A model generated the notes under the pieces. That model had not been told where the DNA came from. It made no database searches and worked only from the letters and a program-made list of their open reading frames with translations. A stretch of 64,000 bases of DNA, from the NCBI GenBank assembly GCA_951406725.2, contig OX597818.1:70556001-70620000 (forward strand), written 5' to 3'. Source of the DNA: Octopus vulgaris (taxonomy: Eukaryota). A program made the position numbers and the translations under genes. This document shows positions 28,175-40,805 of the stretch, in pieces. The first letter of the stretch is position 1; every line of letters begins with the position of its first letter.

Positions 28175-28357
28175 AAGCAGCAAGCTGGCAGAATCATTAA
28201 CACACCGGGCAAAACGATAAGCAGTATTTTGTCCACCTTCACGTTTTGAGTTCATATTCTACTGAGGTCAACTTTGCCTTTCATCTTTTCAGGGTCAATA
28301 AATTAAGTACCAGTGAAACACAAAAATTTCAGGCCTCATGCCTTAGGTAGAAAAGAT
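28175..28357 (+). mobile_element. tRNA-derived SINE, family B
   Basis: agctggcagaatcatta...gagttca...actttgcctttcatc...aattaagtaccag. Confidence 0.8.
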
Positions 28358-28359
28358 TA

Positions 28360-29080
28360 TTATTATTGTTGTTGTTGTGTTGTTTTTAGCTCAGATTTCG
28401 TTGGAATTCCTGGAACCTTGCATGCATAGTGGGCTTGCTAATCGCAGACTACAATACCATGCTATCTGTTCTTTTTGACTATCTGATATTTTTCTCATTA
28501 TTCTGCTTATATCAAGCTGGCAAACCTTTTATAACAGTTCTACAGGGCAATCTATTCTGATTTCCTTTATATTCCTCTTGATGCTTTCTGATACTATCCC
28601 CAAGGACCCAACAATAGTTGGCACTATCTTCACCTTCTCTGCTTCCCATTGCCAGGTAATTTCGTACTTTAAAGAATTGTAAATATCTATATTTTTTGCC
28701 TTCCTTCTTGAGCAGTCAACATCAGTTGTATAGCACATGTTGTACACCTTACCACCGCCACTAGATCTGACTTGTACTCTAGCACCTGTTTTATTTGGAT
28801 TGGGAAGGATTTTGCAGATCTCCATCACTGCCACCCTCTGTGGTTTGTGCTCATGCCACAACTTGCCTTGCTCTGGACCCCTCTTTACACATAATTTCTA
28901 ATGTAGCACTTTCACTACCTCATCCTGTCCCCACAACTCATAATGCATTTAGGCAAGTGTAAGGCATCATTTCACAGAATGGGAAATGGTTTCATCCATT
29001 CTATTACAGATGCAGCACAGTGAACATATTGGAACATTCCTAAAGTTGACCCTCCAATTTGTGGCCAAAGATTGGTCTAT
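28360..29080 (-). mobile_element. R4/Dong-type (REL endonuclease) non-LTR retrotransposon 3' fragment
   Basis: Minus strand: CxxC.RMDETISH...C zinc knuckle, WHEHKP, KYEITWQW...KVKIVPTIVGSLGIV; ends in a (CAA)/(TAA) tail near 28358-28390. Confidence 0.75.
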
Positions 29081-29090
29081 TATTATTATG

Positions 29091-29147
<57 letters not shown>

Positions 29148-29512
29148 ACATGCTATATGAGTTAGCAGGGGTTTGGTGACAAGTCTCCTCAAATTTCAAG
29201 AATCTTCTTAAGGATTCTTGCAGAATACAGGATTACACTTTTCTGCAGATCAACAATGCTTGTCTCAGTTCCAATATCTTTCAGCTTCTTGGATAACAGT
29301 TTGGCTGTAGTGCCAACTGCACCAACTTCCACAGGAATCACTGTTGTCTTCGTCTTCCACAATCTCTTCATCTCTCTGGCTAGCTTCTGATATTTCTCAA
29401 TTTATTTATTATCCACAGTATTATCGTATGGCATTGCGAAGTCTGTGATCTTATTCTGTTTTTTTTCTTTTTTTGTTCTCTATAATCATATCTGGTCTTC
29501 TTTCTTTAGTAC
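29081..29512 (-). mobile_element. Second R4/Dong-type 3' fragment with (TAA)n tail
   Basis: RPDMII...ITDFAMPYD...EKYQKLAREMKRLWKTKTTVIPVEVGAVGT...LQKSVIL.SARILKKILEI* (REL endonuclease PD..D motif), short 3' UTR, then (TAA)n at 29081-29146. Confidence 0.85.
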
Positions 29513-31334
29513 CATCATCATCGTCATCAACATCAATAAGTAGAGTGAAGCATTAAGTTGAGAGCATTGATTTTTCTGAGATCAAATGATGCAAGGGTTA
29601 CCTTAGGTTTCTCTATTTTGGGGTTCAATAATATAAATAGCAGTAATATACTTGGGTCAATTTGCTCTACTAAACAACTTCTCTATAAATTTTAACTTTG
29701 TGAAAAAACAGCTCATTGCTTTTATTGTAGTTTAATCCACAAACCTATCCTGATAGACCAATCAGTGATCAACAGTATTCCAATGGTGACCACCCCATCG
29801 TGATGAACATCGTTTTCTTTTCAGGGATAGTTTCTCCTTAGATTACATTATTCAATGTGTCCTTTATCAAAGGCTGCTGCATGGGTTGCAAAAGCGTTGG
29901 CTGTTGTTCCTAGTATGTTGATAATCCACATAGGACCCACCTCTGTTGCCTCAGCTCACATTGACATAGCTGCCATTATCATCATCATCATCATTGTCGT
30001 CATCATCATCATCATCATCATCACCTTATTCCTCTTCAATCAGATGGATCGTTAAAAATTAGCTTTAAATTATAGAAATGGTAAAATGAAAACTAAAAAC
30101 TAATTTTCAAAAAATTTCAAATGTCATAGAGAATATTTTATTTGTTTGTGTCTTTTCTTGCGTTGTGTTTTGTTTTTTGTTCATCTTTTGTTTTCATTTC
30201 TTTTACCTTTTACTAAATTTCTTTTTTCTCTCATCCAGTATTGTTTCATGATTGTAAAATAGCTTTAAATGTTTCTGGAAACAGTTTGGAAAAAAAGAAA
30301 AGGAAAAAAAAACTAATATAAAATAATTTTAAAAACAAGTAACAAAAGAGGAAAAAAGAAAAGAAAAGAAAATCTCATTTTGTCAAGTTGTTATTGATAT
30401 TTCAAGATGGAATGTAACTTAAAAAGTTGAGGAGAACTTTTTAAAATTGATTTTGTTTGTGCCAGTGAGTTTTAAGATGAGCAATGTGACACTCTAAATA
30501 ACAAACCACTTAAAAACCCATTTGAGAAATCATTGAAAGAAATTAATCAGCAATTGAAATCAACTGGTTGTTCCTTGATATGTATTAGAGGAAAGGGTAT
30601 TGGTGGTGGTGGCGGTGGTGGTGGTGGTGGCATATAAGTTGAGAGAGTGAGGTTGCTAGAGGTTTGGTGTTTTAAAATGTGCGAGTGTATTAGTGTATGT
30701 ATATATAATCATCGTTATCGACATCATCATTGTTTAACATCTGCTTTCCATGTTGGCATGGATTGGACAGTTTGACATGGAGCTAGCTACCAGGAGCTGT
30801 CCAGACCCCAGCTGCCAGTTGGGGTATGGTTTCTATGGCTGGATGCCCTTCCTAATGACAACCACTTAACAGAGTGTGGTGGGTGCCTTTTAAGTGCTAC
30901 CAGCATGGGTGCATTTATGCAGCTTGGCACAGGTGCATTAAATACATATATTTTGAATTTGTTTACAGGAATATGGGAAACATTATGAATATGCCAATAA
31001 AGCTCCTATTCCATTATGCTGGCCACAGTCCAATGATGCTGACTGATAAACCAGTTTTTGGGGTTGCATCAAGCTGTACCGATGTGATACAGGATAAATA
31101 GAACAATAATAACAATAATCCCTGGATGGAATTAATAAACATTTAGTGCATCACTGTTCATGTTCCCACAAATCCCAGGAATAAGGAAAGTGAGGACAAG
31201 AGATGTCATTGGGGAAAATGTACAGAACAATATATTAAATGTTTATCAATTCCATTCAAGGACTGTTGTTATTATGACATATAACACACACACACACACG
31301 GATATATATATATATATATATTTATATATGTGTG

Positions 31335-31490
31335 TGTGGCTGTGTGGTAAGAAAAGTTTGCTTCCCAGCTCTATTGTCTCTGGTTCAGTCCCACTGCCTG
31401 ACACTTTGGGCAAGTATATTCTAATATAGTCCCAGGCCCACCAAAGCCTTGCGAGTGGATTTGGCAGACAGAAACTGAAAGAATCCCATA
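31335..31490 (+). mobile_element. SINE family A head (tail missing)
   Basis: gtggctgtgtggtaag...ggttcagtcccactg...tttgggcaagt...gtggatttggcagacagaaactgaaag. Confidence 0.75.
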
Positions 31491-31580
31491 ATATATATAT
31501 ATATATGCACACACACACATATATTTATATGTGTATATATACATACAAACATATACATGTATATGAATATATATATATAT

Positions 31581-31803
31581 CTTTATTGCCCACAAAGGGT
31601 TAAACATAGAGGGGACAAACAAGGAGAAACGGATTAAGTCGATTACATCGACCCCAGTGCGTAACTGGTACTTTATTCATCGACCCCGAAAGGATGAAAG
31701 GCAAAGTCGACCTCGGCGGAATTTGAACTCGCAACGTAACGACAGACGAAATACGGCTACGCATTTCGCCCGGCCTGCTAACGTTTCTGCCAGCTCGCCG
31801 CCT
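31581..31803 (-). mobile_element. tRNA-derived SINE, family B, full-length young copy
   Basis: Minus strand GGCGGCGAGCTGGCAGAAACGTTAGC...GAGTTCAAATTCCGCCGAGGTCGACTTTGCCTTTCATCCTTTCGGGGTCGA...GGGCAATAAAG; CpGs intact. Confidence 0.9.
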
Positions 31804-31821
31804 TTGTATATGAATATATAT

Positions 31822-32536
31822 ATTATCAACTGCATATTCTTAATATACATACTCTGTGTATTTGCTAGCAGGCTGTGATTTGGTGCAGTGATGATTATTC
31901 TCTTAAAGTGCTGGGTGTTAAAACACCTGAAAGTCATGACAGGTAAGACAACTAACCCTAAATTCCATTCAGGAATGATGGACGTCAATGTTTTGCTAGT
32001 TTTGTGGCTTATCAACATCACATGTCCAAACTAAATTGGAGGTGAATTGACCGCCAAACCATAATTTATATGCATATAATGTGAAAACTGTGCTCTGATG
32101 CCCAGACTATGTCTAGGTAAGAATAAATTCACATGTGAAATGGAAGCCACCACATGATTGGCCACATGTGCTGAATCTACATGTTCTGGGTATTTGCTGG
32201 TGGGAAATTCTATTTCATATTTAAATTTGTACCTATGTATGCACTGTCCAGGTATAGCAGTACATAGTTTCCACACTATGTATGCAACTAAGTAGTGAAC
32301 TAACAGTCAGTTCACCTCCAATTCAGTTCAGGTACATAATGTTGATAACCCACAAAAATGGAGAAACATTGATGTCCATCACTCCTGAATGGGACTCAGG
32401 GTGAGTTGTCTTACCTGTCCATGACTTTCTGGTGGTTTAACACCCAGCACTTTGAGAGAAGAATCACCACCATGCCAAATCACAGCCTACCTCCAAATAG
32501 AGGGAGTTTGTGCATTAAGTATGTGCGGTTGATAAT
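31822..32536. mobile_element. Foldback/MITE-like element with ~230-bp imperfect inverted arms
   Basis: 31822-32051 is the reverse complement, with scattered mismatches, of about 32305-32536 (e.g. ggctgtgatttgg/ccaaatcacagcc, aaagtgctgggtgttaaa/tttaacacccagcacttt, gacaggtaagacaact/agttgtcttacctgtc). Confidence 0.85.
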
Positions 32537-32817
32537 GTTCATTGCACTAGCTCTGCTTCTGTTTCATATTTGAATACACTCACACACACACACGTGTGTG
32601 TCTGTGTGTGTGAAAAGATAGGAAAATGGTGTAATGTCACCTGTATTAAGCACCACATTCTAGCAACATCACAACCCTTGACCACTTAAATTAGTAACCT
32701 TATGTTAAGTAGTTACAATGAGAAACCCTTTGACCCAACAACAGGGGTCTCAGTGCTCACAATAGTCATAGTATCGTAGTATTTGTTTGATAAAATTGTA
32801 AAAAAAAAAATTGCTAT

Positions 32818-32953
32818 TAAATGTGGCAGTCCCATAGAGGACGATGTTACTGTTGTTTTTAGCCTAAGGAAGACATCTCCACCTACTGGGGGGGATGTCT
32901 TCCTGGAGCTGAAAACAACAGTAGCATCGTCTTGTATGCAACTGCCACATTTA
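32818..32953. repeat. Palindromic hairpin MITE, ~63-bp arms with short loop
   Basis: taaatgtggcagt...gacgatgttactgttgttttt...ggaagacatc pairs with gatgtcttcc...aaaacaacagtagcatcgtc...actgccacattta. Confidence 0.85.
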
Positions 32954-33218
32954 GTTGGCAAATATATTTCACAACTCCATACTGGTACTGTTTACCTCTT
33001 GCTCAGAGATTTAATACAGCTTTGATAAAATTGGTAAAAAGATAGAAAAACATTGCTTTGGCAGTGAGATTTGAACATTGCTGTAAACATCTGCTGTAAA
33101 GCTTATAGCTCTGCTAAAACCACACAATGTATATGAAGGTGTGCATATGTATGTATGTGTATATATATATATTTATACACATACACATATGAGAGAGAGA
33201 GAAAGAGACATGCAACGA

Positions 33219-33470
33219 TCTTGAGCAAGACACTTTAATTTCACGTTGCTCCAGTTCACTCAGCTGTAGAAACGAGTTGTGACATCACTGGTGCCAAGCC
33301 GTATCGGACTTTACCTTTCCCTTGGATAACATCTGTGGCTTGGAGAGAGTAGGCTGGTATGCATGGGCAACTGCTGGTCTTCCATAAACAACCTTGCTCG
33401 GACCTGTGCCTCCAAGGGGAACTTTCTAGTTGCAATCTCATGGTCATTCATGACCAAAGGAGACCTTTAC
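33219..33470 (+). mobile_element. SINE family D core and tail
   Basis: cttgagcaagacact...ccagttcactcagctgtag shares its core with 16425-16620; bounded by microsatellites. Confidence 0.6.
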
Positions 33471-33476
33471 CATTTC

Positions 33477-33535
<59 letters not shown>

Positions 33536-33799
33536 ATGTATGTTATGTACGTGTGTATGTACACTCTTGTCTTGATATCATGTGATGGTTGTATACAAGC
33601 ATCACCATTATAGAAACAGCATTGTAAGTTTCCAGTCTTCTGCGTAAAAAAACACGTCTGGCCATGTGAAATTTTTACCTTGCTTAGAAACAGGCGAGGT
33701 TTGACAACAAAAAGGGCAAAATTGGTCATAGATGAATTATCCCAAGATGAATTATGACTCACCCATGCAAACATGGAAAAGTAACAACAAAATGATGAT

Positions 33800-34195
33800 A
33801 TATAGATTGATTGATTGATTGATTGATTGCATGATTGATTGATTGCAAGATCGATAGATAGATAAATAGATAGACAGGCAAACAGACAGATAAATAGACG
33901 GTCAAACAGACAGATAGATAGATCAATAGACAGACAGATAGATAAATCAACAGATAGATAGATAAACTGATGGATACATACATACATATGTATGTACGTA
34001 CATACGTAGGAAGGTAGTTGATATATGCATACATATATACATGATTGCATGTATGTAGGTAGGTAGAGAAATACATACATATGTATGTAGGTAGACAGAC
34101 AGACAGACAGACAGACAGGCAGACTAACAGATAGGTAAATAGATAGATAGATAGATAGATAAAGTAGATAGGTAAACAGGCAGACAGGCAGATAT
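33800..34195. repeat. Compound tetranucleotide microsatellite (GATT/GATA/GACA/GGTA/CATA)
   Basis: Read directly; explains the 201-aa and 146-aa low-complexity ORFs. Confidence 0.95.
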
Positions 34196-34469
34196 GCATT
34201 TTTTATAGTCCAGATGAATGAGTGAGGTCATGAAAAGAATTATGAGTGAAAGACAGATTTTTTTAAGAAAAGTCAAGAATAAAATAAATGTTGATTAAAT
34301 GGCAAAGGCTGGAATTGAAAACCAAAGAATAAATCGGGGGAAAAGAGAGGAATTTGAAGAAAGAAGACAACAGAAAAATCAATTTATAAAAAAAATTGAA
34401 TGAAAGAAATTTTCAGTGAAGGAAAGAAAACTAAAGTTTAGAAGGAAGAACAGAATGAAAGAATAAGGT

Positions 34470-34810
34470 AGAGTAAACAGAGAAAGAAAGAAAGAAAGAA
34501 CGAAAGAAATGAAGGAAGAAAGCAAGAAAGAAAGAAAGAAAGAACGAAAGAAAGAAAGAAATGAAGGAAGGAAGGAAGGAAGCAAGAAAGAAAGAAACGA
34601 AGGAAAGAAAGGAAGGAAGATTCTATGATGATATACTTTTGAAAATAGAGAAATGAAATGAAAAAATAATTGGAAGAAAAGAGCTGCAAGAGAGAAATGA
34701 AATAAAATCCAATAATGATAGAAGTAAAGATGATAATAATAATAATAATAAAGATGAAGATGCAGAAGGAAAGGAAGAGAGAAAGGAAGGAAGAGGATGA
34801 AGAAAAAATC
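34470..34810. repeat. (GAAA)n/(GGAA)n purine-rich low-complexity tract
   Basis: Read directly. Confidence 0.9.
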
Positions 34811-35279
34811 CTTCATAATGCTTTGCTAAGTGCTCAATTACAAGAACACGATTAGTTCCGATGAATGATTCTAGTATTGATATTTGGAAAGCTTATTGAT
34901 TCACAGAACAGTCTTGAAGTTAGTTAAAAGGCATTTTTAGTAGGACTTGAAGGACCGTTGCTGGAGATTTACCTATTTCTCTGTCATTTAGTGAATAAAG
35001 AAGAAACTGCTGTAGCAGCAACACATTCCTATTGGCTCACTTATTACCTTACCAGGTGTATTGTTGTCATTGGTGCTGGTGGTGGTCGTGGTGGTGGTGA
35101 TTGTTGTTGTTGTCGTCGTTGTCGTTGTGATGAGGTCTTGTTATTTAATGCTCAGATACAGATATCGAAGTCACTAAAATTATACTACTTTCAGTTGAAG
35201 AAGGGATATACATGCTTGAATGTGTTTGCAAGTGTGTGTGTGTGTAAAATTTACATGCTATATAACTATGTGATATATA

Positions 35280-36200
35280 TCAGGCTGAGTAAAAAGTAAG
35301 CAACGTTTTGAAACATGAAATTAATCCCAATATATTTCAACAATGCAGAAATTTTACTCATCAAAGTAAGCACCATTACAATTAACAGACTTTTGCCAAT
35401 GAGTTACAAGTTGGTTTATTCTGGTAACATCAAAATCTGGAGTTCTAGAGTTGATGAACTCTTTGAATGCACTTTCCGCATCAGTTTGATTTTTGAACCC
35501 CTTCTCTCACAAGAAACCATTAAGGTGCTTGAAAAAGCGAGAGTCAGTAGGAGAAAGGTCTAGAGAATAAGATGGGTGGGGAAGAACATCGTAGCCAAAT
35601 TCCCTCAATTTCTGGAGCATCACTAGTGAAATGTGTTGTTGAGTATTGTCATGAAGAATGATTGGCCCTCTTTTGTTGACCAATATGGGATGGAGGAGTA
35701 GCAGTTTTTCATTCATTTTGGCAATTTCATGGCAATATGTTTCTGCAGTAATGGTTTTTCCAGGTTTTAAGAAGTTATAGTGGATGAGTCCAGCAGTTCA
35801 CCACCAAACAGTCACCATAACCTTCTTTTTGAAGAGCTCGGGTTTAAGGAAGGTTTTCAGTGCTTCATTTTGCTCCAACAACTGCAAAGAACATTTTTTA
35901 TTATTGTACAGTCTCCACTTTTCATCACAAGTTCCAATACAGCCAAGAAATGGATTGGTCTGGTTATGGAGAAGAAGCAATAAGCAAAGTTCATATCTGC
36001 TCATTTTCTGATTTTCATTCAAATCGTGTGGTACCCATTTGTCGAGCTTTTTCGATTTTCCAGTTTCATGCAAATGATTGCAGTCAGTTTTCTGGCTAAC
36101 TTGAAGTTCTTGTGCCAGTTGTCGAGTAGTTTTACGTGGATCTTTCTCACTGACAGTCTTTAATTGACCATCATCGATGACAGATGGATGTCCACTACAC
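35280..36200 (-). mobile_element. mariner (DD34D) relic, 5' end missing
   Basis: KWVPHDL, TCDEKW, KKVMVTVWW, LHDN..QH, HPSYSLDLSPTD on the minus strand; terminal TA-TCAGGCTGAGTAAAAAG at 35278-35300. Confidence 0.9.
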
Positions 36201-37424
36201 TATTTGAGGACAGATTTATGTTTATAAAAAACAGATATATAATAACTTTATTTATCAAAATATGCTATGAGGATGAAAATAAACCTTCTTTTCTATAATG
36301 TTATTCAATAAAGCCACCCTCAGCTTCAACAACTGCTTCTATACGAGATCTAAATCATCTACATGTTCGAATCCTGGTTCATTTTGGACATTACTCTGAC
36401 TATGGCAACTTTCAAAGAATCTTTGGTGTTATGGGCATGTTCAATGACCTCTCTCTCAACAATGCTCCACATGGAGTGAGATCTGGGGAATTAGGAGGCT
36501 AAATATTAGGGGTTGTGTGATCATGAAAATTTTCAGCCATCCATTCCTGTCTCACTAGAGCCATGTGTGATAGTGCAGAGTGTTACTGAAACCCATATGG
36601 CCTTCCATTGCATACACTGTCTATCCAGGGCTTAACAATTATTTCCAGGACGTCAATGTAAGGCCTTGTGAAAAGAAGTAAGGAGGCATCAGATATCCTT
36701 CATTGCTGACAACTCCTAAAACCATGACAGTTGCAGGAAATTTTGTATACATAACACTTGGAACTTCAGAAGGGTCTGCAAATAACCATCTGTCATTTCT
36801 TTTGTTAACTTTTTGATCTTGGCTGAAGTATTCCTCGTTTGAGAAAAACCAAATCAAATCTTCTTCTGTTGGATTTTTCAGCTTGTTTAAGAGCCTTTTT
36901 GATCTGATGTAGTGATTTTATTTTACTTTTTCTAACATAAATCGACCTTTCCTCATCATATAAGACTTATATCTGATGTCTTAATGGACAACTGTTCCTT
37001 TGGACAGATGGAGATCTTTTGCAGTTGACCTCATGGACTTTCTGGGATTGTAATCAATGGTCTGTTGATAATGCTGGAAAAATTCAGGTGTTCTGATGAT
37101 AATGCTGGATAAATTCAGGTGTTCTGATGATTTCAGAGTGTTTAGAATGCTTTTTATGCTTTGATGCTGGTGATACATTTCCAGCTTCAGTCTCTAACTC
37201 CTTACAAACTGTGTAGACGAAAGATCTGGCAACTTTTAAAAGTTGAGATATTTCTAAATCCCTATGCTCAGCCTTTACAACCACAGTAGCAGCATGCCTC
37301 TTCATTTCTTGAGTAAGCTGAGCGTCTGCCATTATTATTTTCTGAAACAAAGATTATACAGAGTTAGCAAAAAATGCAGCAATGACCCAAAAAAGGTATG
37401 TCCTCAAATACCTTATGCAGCCTG
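36201..37424 (-). mobile_element. maT-family (DD37D-type) transposon, nearly complete, disrupted
   Basis: N-terminal HTH ORF 37084-37350; IWFFSNEEYFSQDQKVNKRNDRW...VMVLGVVSNEG..MPPYFF; PPNSPDLTP. TIR remnant TATTTGAGGACA at both ends; internal 31-bp tandem duplication near 37067-37130 shifts the frame. Confidence 0.9.
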
Positions 37425-38218
37425 TATGTATCATCATCATCATCCTCATCGTTTAGCATCCACTTTCCATGTTGGCATGGGTTGGACAATTTGACTGAGG
37501 ACTGGCAAGCCAGACGGCTGTATGTATATATATATAATACACACACACACACACATACAAGTAAGGTGCTACCATGGTTATATGACTAAGAGATTTGTTT
37601 TACAATCACATGGTCTTGGTTTTGGTTCCAGTGAGTTAATTATAACCCAAGGCCAACCAATTCCTTATTCTGCACTTGTTCTCTCTCGAGTGAAACAGTG
37701 ATGTTGTTGACATTTCTTGTAAACATTTAGAGAAACATCTGGTAGAAAATAACCCTTTTCTTGAAATACCATTAAGGGTTGGCAACAGGAAGAGCATCCA
37801 TCCATAGAATCCTTCTGTATTTTGTCTTTACTGGCAAGGAAGCATCAACATTGAATGAATTAATGAACAAATATAGTAGTAGTAGTAGTAGTAGTAGCAG
37901 CAGCAAATGTATGCATGTATGCATGTGTGTGAATGTATACATATATGTATGTAACTGCACATACACATACAAACATACTAGTGTAGTATGGGGTGTAGTA
38001 GAAGTGGTGGGATTCATTTGTGTGCAGGACATATCATGCAAGCGCAAATTTTGCATAATGGTTGTAGTTCCATAGATGATGTCTTATTATCATCATTGGA
38101 CAAGAAAACTTGACCCCTCAGTGGTGAATGGAGAAGAAAAGGAGTATTTACAGAGTTTGTCCAAATGGATAAACACTGGCCTGTATGAGAATGGTCTCAG
38201 TATATTGTGTGTGTATGT

Positions 38219-38262
<44 letters not shown>

Positions 38263-38299
38263 ACAGTATCTTCAAAGTTTCAGCTCAGCCATCATGAAA

Positions 38300-38830
38300 T
38301 TGCGATGCTTTGAAGTTAATCTTGGCTTTATATATTCTCTGTTGAGTTAAAAAATCTTCCTCGAGTATGTGGGTTTGAGTGGCGTGGTAATTGAGCTTTT
38401 AGTGGGTCTTATGAAGCGGTGTTTTGGAGAAATTTTTATTGACTATATTTGGGATTATGTTACTGTTTAGAATTTATTCATGTATGTAGAATTTTGCAAG
38501 CAGACATGAATATTTAGATATGTCCTTTTCTTAAGTATGGGACACATCTGTAGTTTTAGTGGTTTTTGATTTTATAGGATTCAATCTTTTGCTTTGACAA
38601 CGTAAAGGTCAAAGGTTCAAAGTTTAGTCCAGTAGTTAAAACCTTAGTAATTGGGTGTCAACTTTTTCTTAATGGACACTTTTAGGGGTTCACAAAAGAA
38701 TGTAAATAGGTGGTATGTTTTTGCTGGTTTGTTTTTTATTTCTTGTTATTATTGAGGATATTTCCTGTTTGCATTTGAAAGAAGGGTTATTAGTGGGGCA
38801 TATCTTGGTGTTGTTAGTATAGAAATTTGT
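38300..38830 (-). mobile_element. Possible Penelope-like retroelement N-terminal relic
   Basis: Minus strand ITKVLTTGLNFEP resembles the LxKGLNF motif ahead of Penelope RT; otherwise very degraded. Confidence 0.35.
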
Positions 38831-38873
38831 TTATCTTCTGCTTTGATATTCACAAGTAAAACCACAGAGTGTT

Positions 38874-38945
<72 letters not shown>

Positions 38946-40015
38946 CAGAGATAACTGTGGAATATTAGTCTATAAAGTTTCTGTAGCTGTAAAAATGTTC
39001 TTGTGTTGTTATTGAGATGCATGTTGTCTCATGTCAGTGAGTCTTCTTGGTTAGATGTTCTCTCTTTTAAATATTACAAGACAAAATTTTTATAAATAAA
39101 ATTTTCCTTTTATCTTCTCCTAAATCAAATTTTCTGAAGTTTTCTAGACACACTTAACTGAAGTTATATCTCTTATGTATCGACTTTATATATGCACCAC
39201 ACACACACACACACACAGAGTATTTGTATATATAATAAGAAAACCAAATTTACATGGGATGTTATCATTGTCTTTGGTATTTAAGTCTGCTAATTTTTCT
39301 GGCAAGTTGAATTGTTTTTTCAGAAAAATTCTAAAGTTTGTGCACTGATATTTCCAAGAGATACCTGCAAACACGCACACACACACACACATATGCCATA
39401 GATTAAAAGAAAAAAACTGTTAATGTTTTGTGGTGTTTTTATGTTAAAGAGAAAAGAAACCTGCTATGAATTTTCCGACAATCTATTACGTATGATGCAG
39501 TTACACTTGATGTGTGTCTACAGTGTTATAATTACACTTAAATTAATTGTCGTTGTTCTCTATGCATCTAAATTGTTGTTTGTTGCAGGACTGACATGGA
39601 TTGGTGAAAAATAAATGCATATATACACACCCACACACACACCCACACACAATTATATTTCTGAACTCTTTTCTGAATTTAGACTTTTATTTAATGTATT
39701 TACTCCACAAATAAAAAAACTTCAAATTGTGTTTAAATGTTTTACTCTACTGAGAGTGAACATCGCTTGGGGTGGATGGTGTCCTGCAGTGAATGCAAGC
39801 AAGTGATTTTATTGGCTGAATTGTGTGGCTTGGTCTATGTCAGAACATTACAGTTTGTTTACTTGGTTTTTGCATGCACACACACATACGCTATACATCT
39901 GTAATGGAACTGATTGAAATAAATATGTTGTGACTTTGTGTTTCATAACACAAACACACATACATATGTACATACTTATCCTGGATATATGTATATATAT
40001 ATATATATATATATA

Positions 40016-40805
40016 CTAGCAGCATAGCCCGGCGTTGCCCGGGTATGTAAGAGCCCCTAGTAGGCAACGACTAATCCCAATCTAGTCCTTTCCCTCTAGG
40101 GACCGGAGGCGCATGTGTAGATTGCAATGTCTTCTCTTCACTCCCAAATAACTATCAAACAGCTATCGATAATTCAACCCAACCAATTCCTACCAGGAAG
40201 AAATTACATTCGAGACTTTACCCCCAACACCGCCACTTCTGCTAATAGCTGCTGCAGCCGCAAGTTATTCGAATACTTTTTTTGTTTACACTTTCTACCA
40301 CCCCAAACGTTTTACCTTATATTTTTGACGTACCCTTAGGGTTCTCGGACGCTACTTGCAAACTCTTGGTTTATTATAAACCACTTTTGTCGTGTGCACC
40401 AAAAAACCTTTTTCATTCGTTTGTTCAGTTTGGTCACTTTTGACTTTTTCGTTGTTGTCACTCACATTGCTGCCCGCTTTTTTGCCGTTTTTGTACATTG
40501 TTATACATTTTGGGATACTTACCCCACGTGTTCCGAGAGTTAAAAAGGTCGAGTTACGTCCCCATGACAGTCTGTAGAAAATGTGTTGCATATAAAAAGC
40601 TTAGATTCTCGACCCATGTCGAATTTATCGATTTTTTTCAGAACTGGGGGAACTTTTCAAAATTTTCGCTGCGTTAGTTTTGAATTATGACATTGGGCTA
40701 TGTGTGTGTCAAGTTTCATCAGAATCGGTTGAAAGCCGTGGTCAGGGTGAGGGTACAACCTGACAGACACACAGACAGACAAACTGCCGTTTATATATAG
40801 AGAGA
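40016..40805 (-). mobile_element. Non-autonomous Helitron (790 bp)
   Basis: Minus strand starts A|TCTCTCTATATATAAA, carries (CTGT)n and ends CCCGGGCAACGCCGGG hairpin (40028-40043) then CTAG|T; inserted in a (TA)n tract with no TSD. Confidence 0.9.

Noticed and set aside
31700-31803. tRNA gene
   Set aside because: A and B boxes belong to a SINE head; no complete cloverleaf; continues into SINE core sequence found in several copies.
33475-34816. Long ORFs of 201, 146 and 145 aa
   Set aside because: They span tetranucleotide and GAAA repeats that lack stops on one strand.
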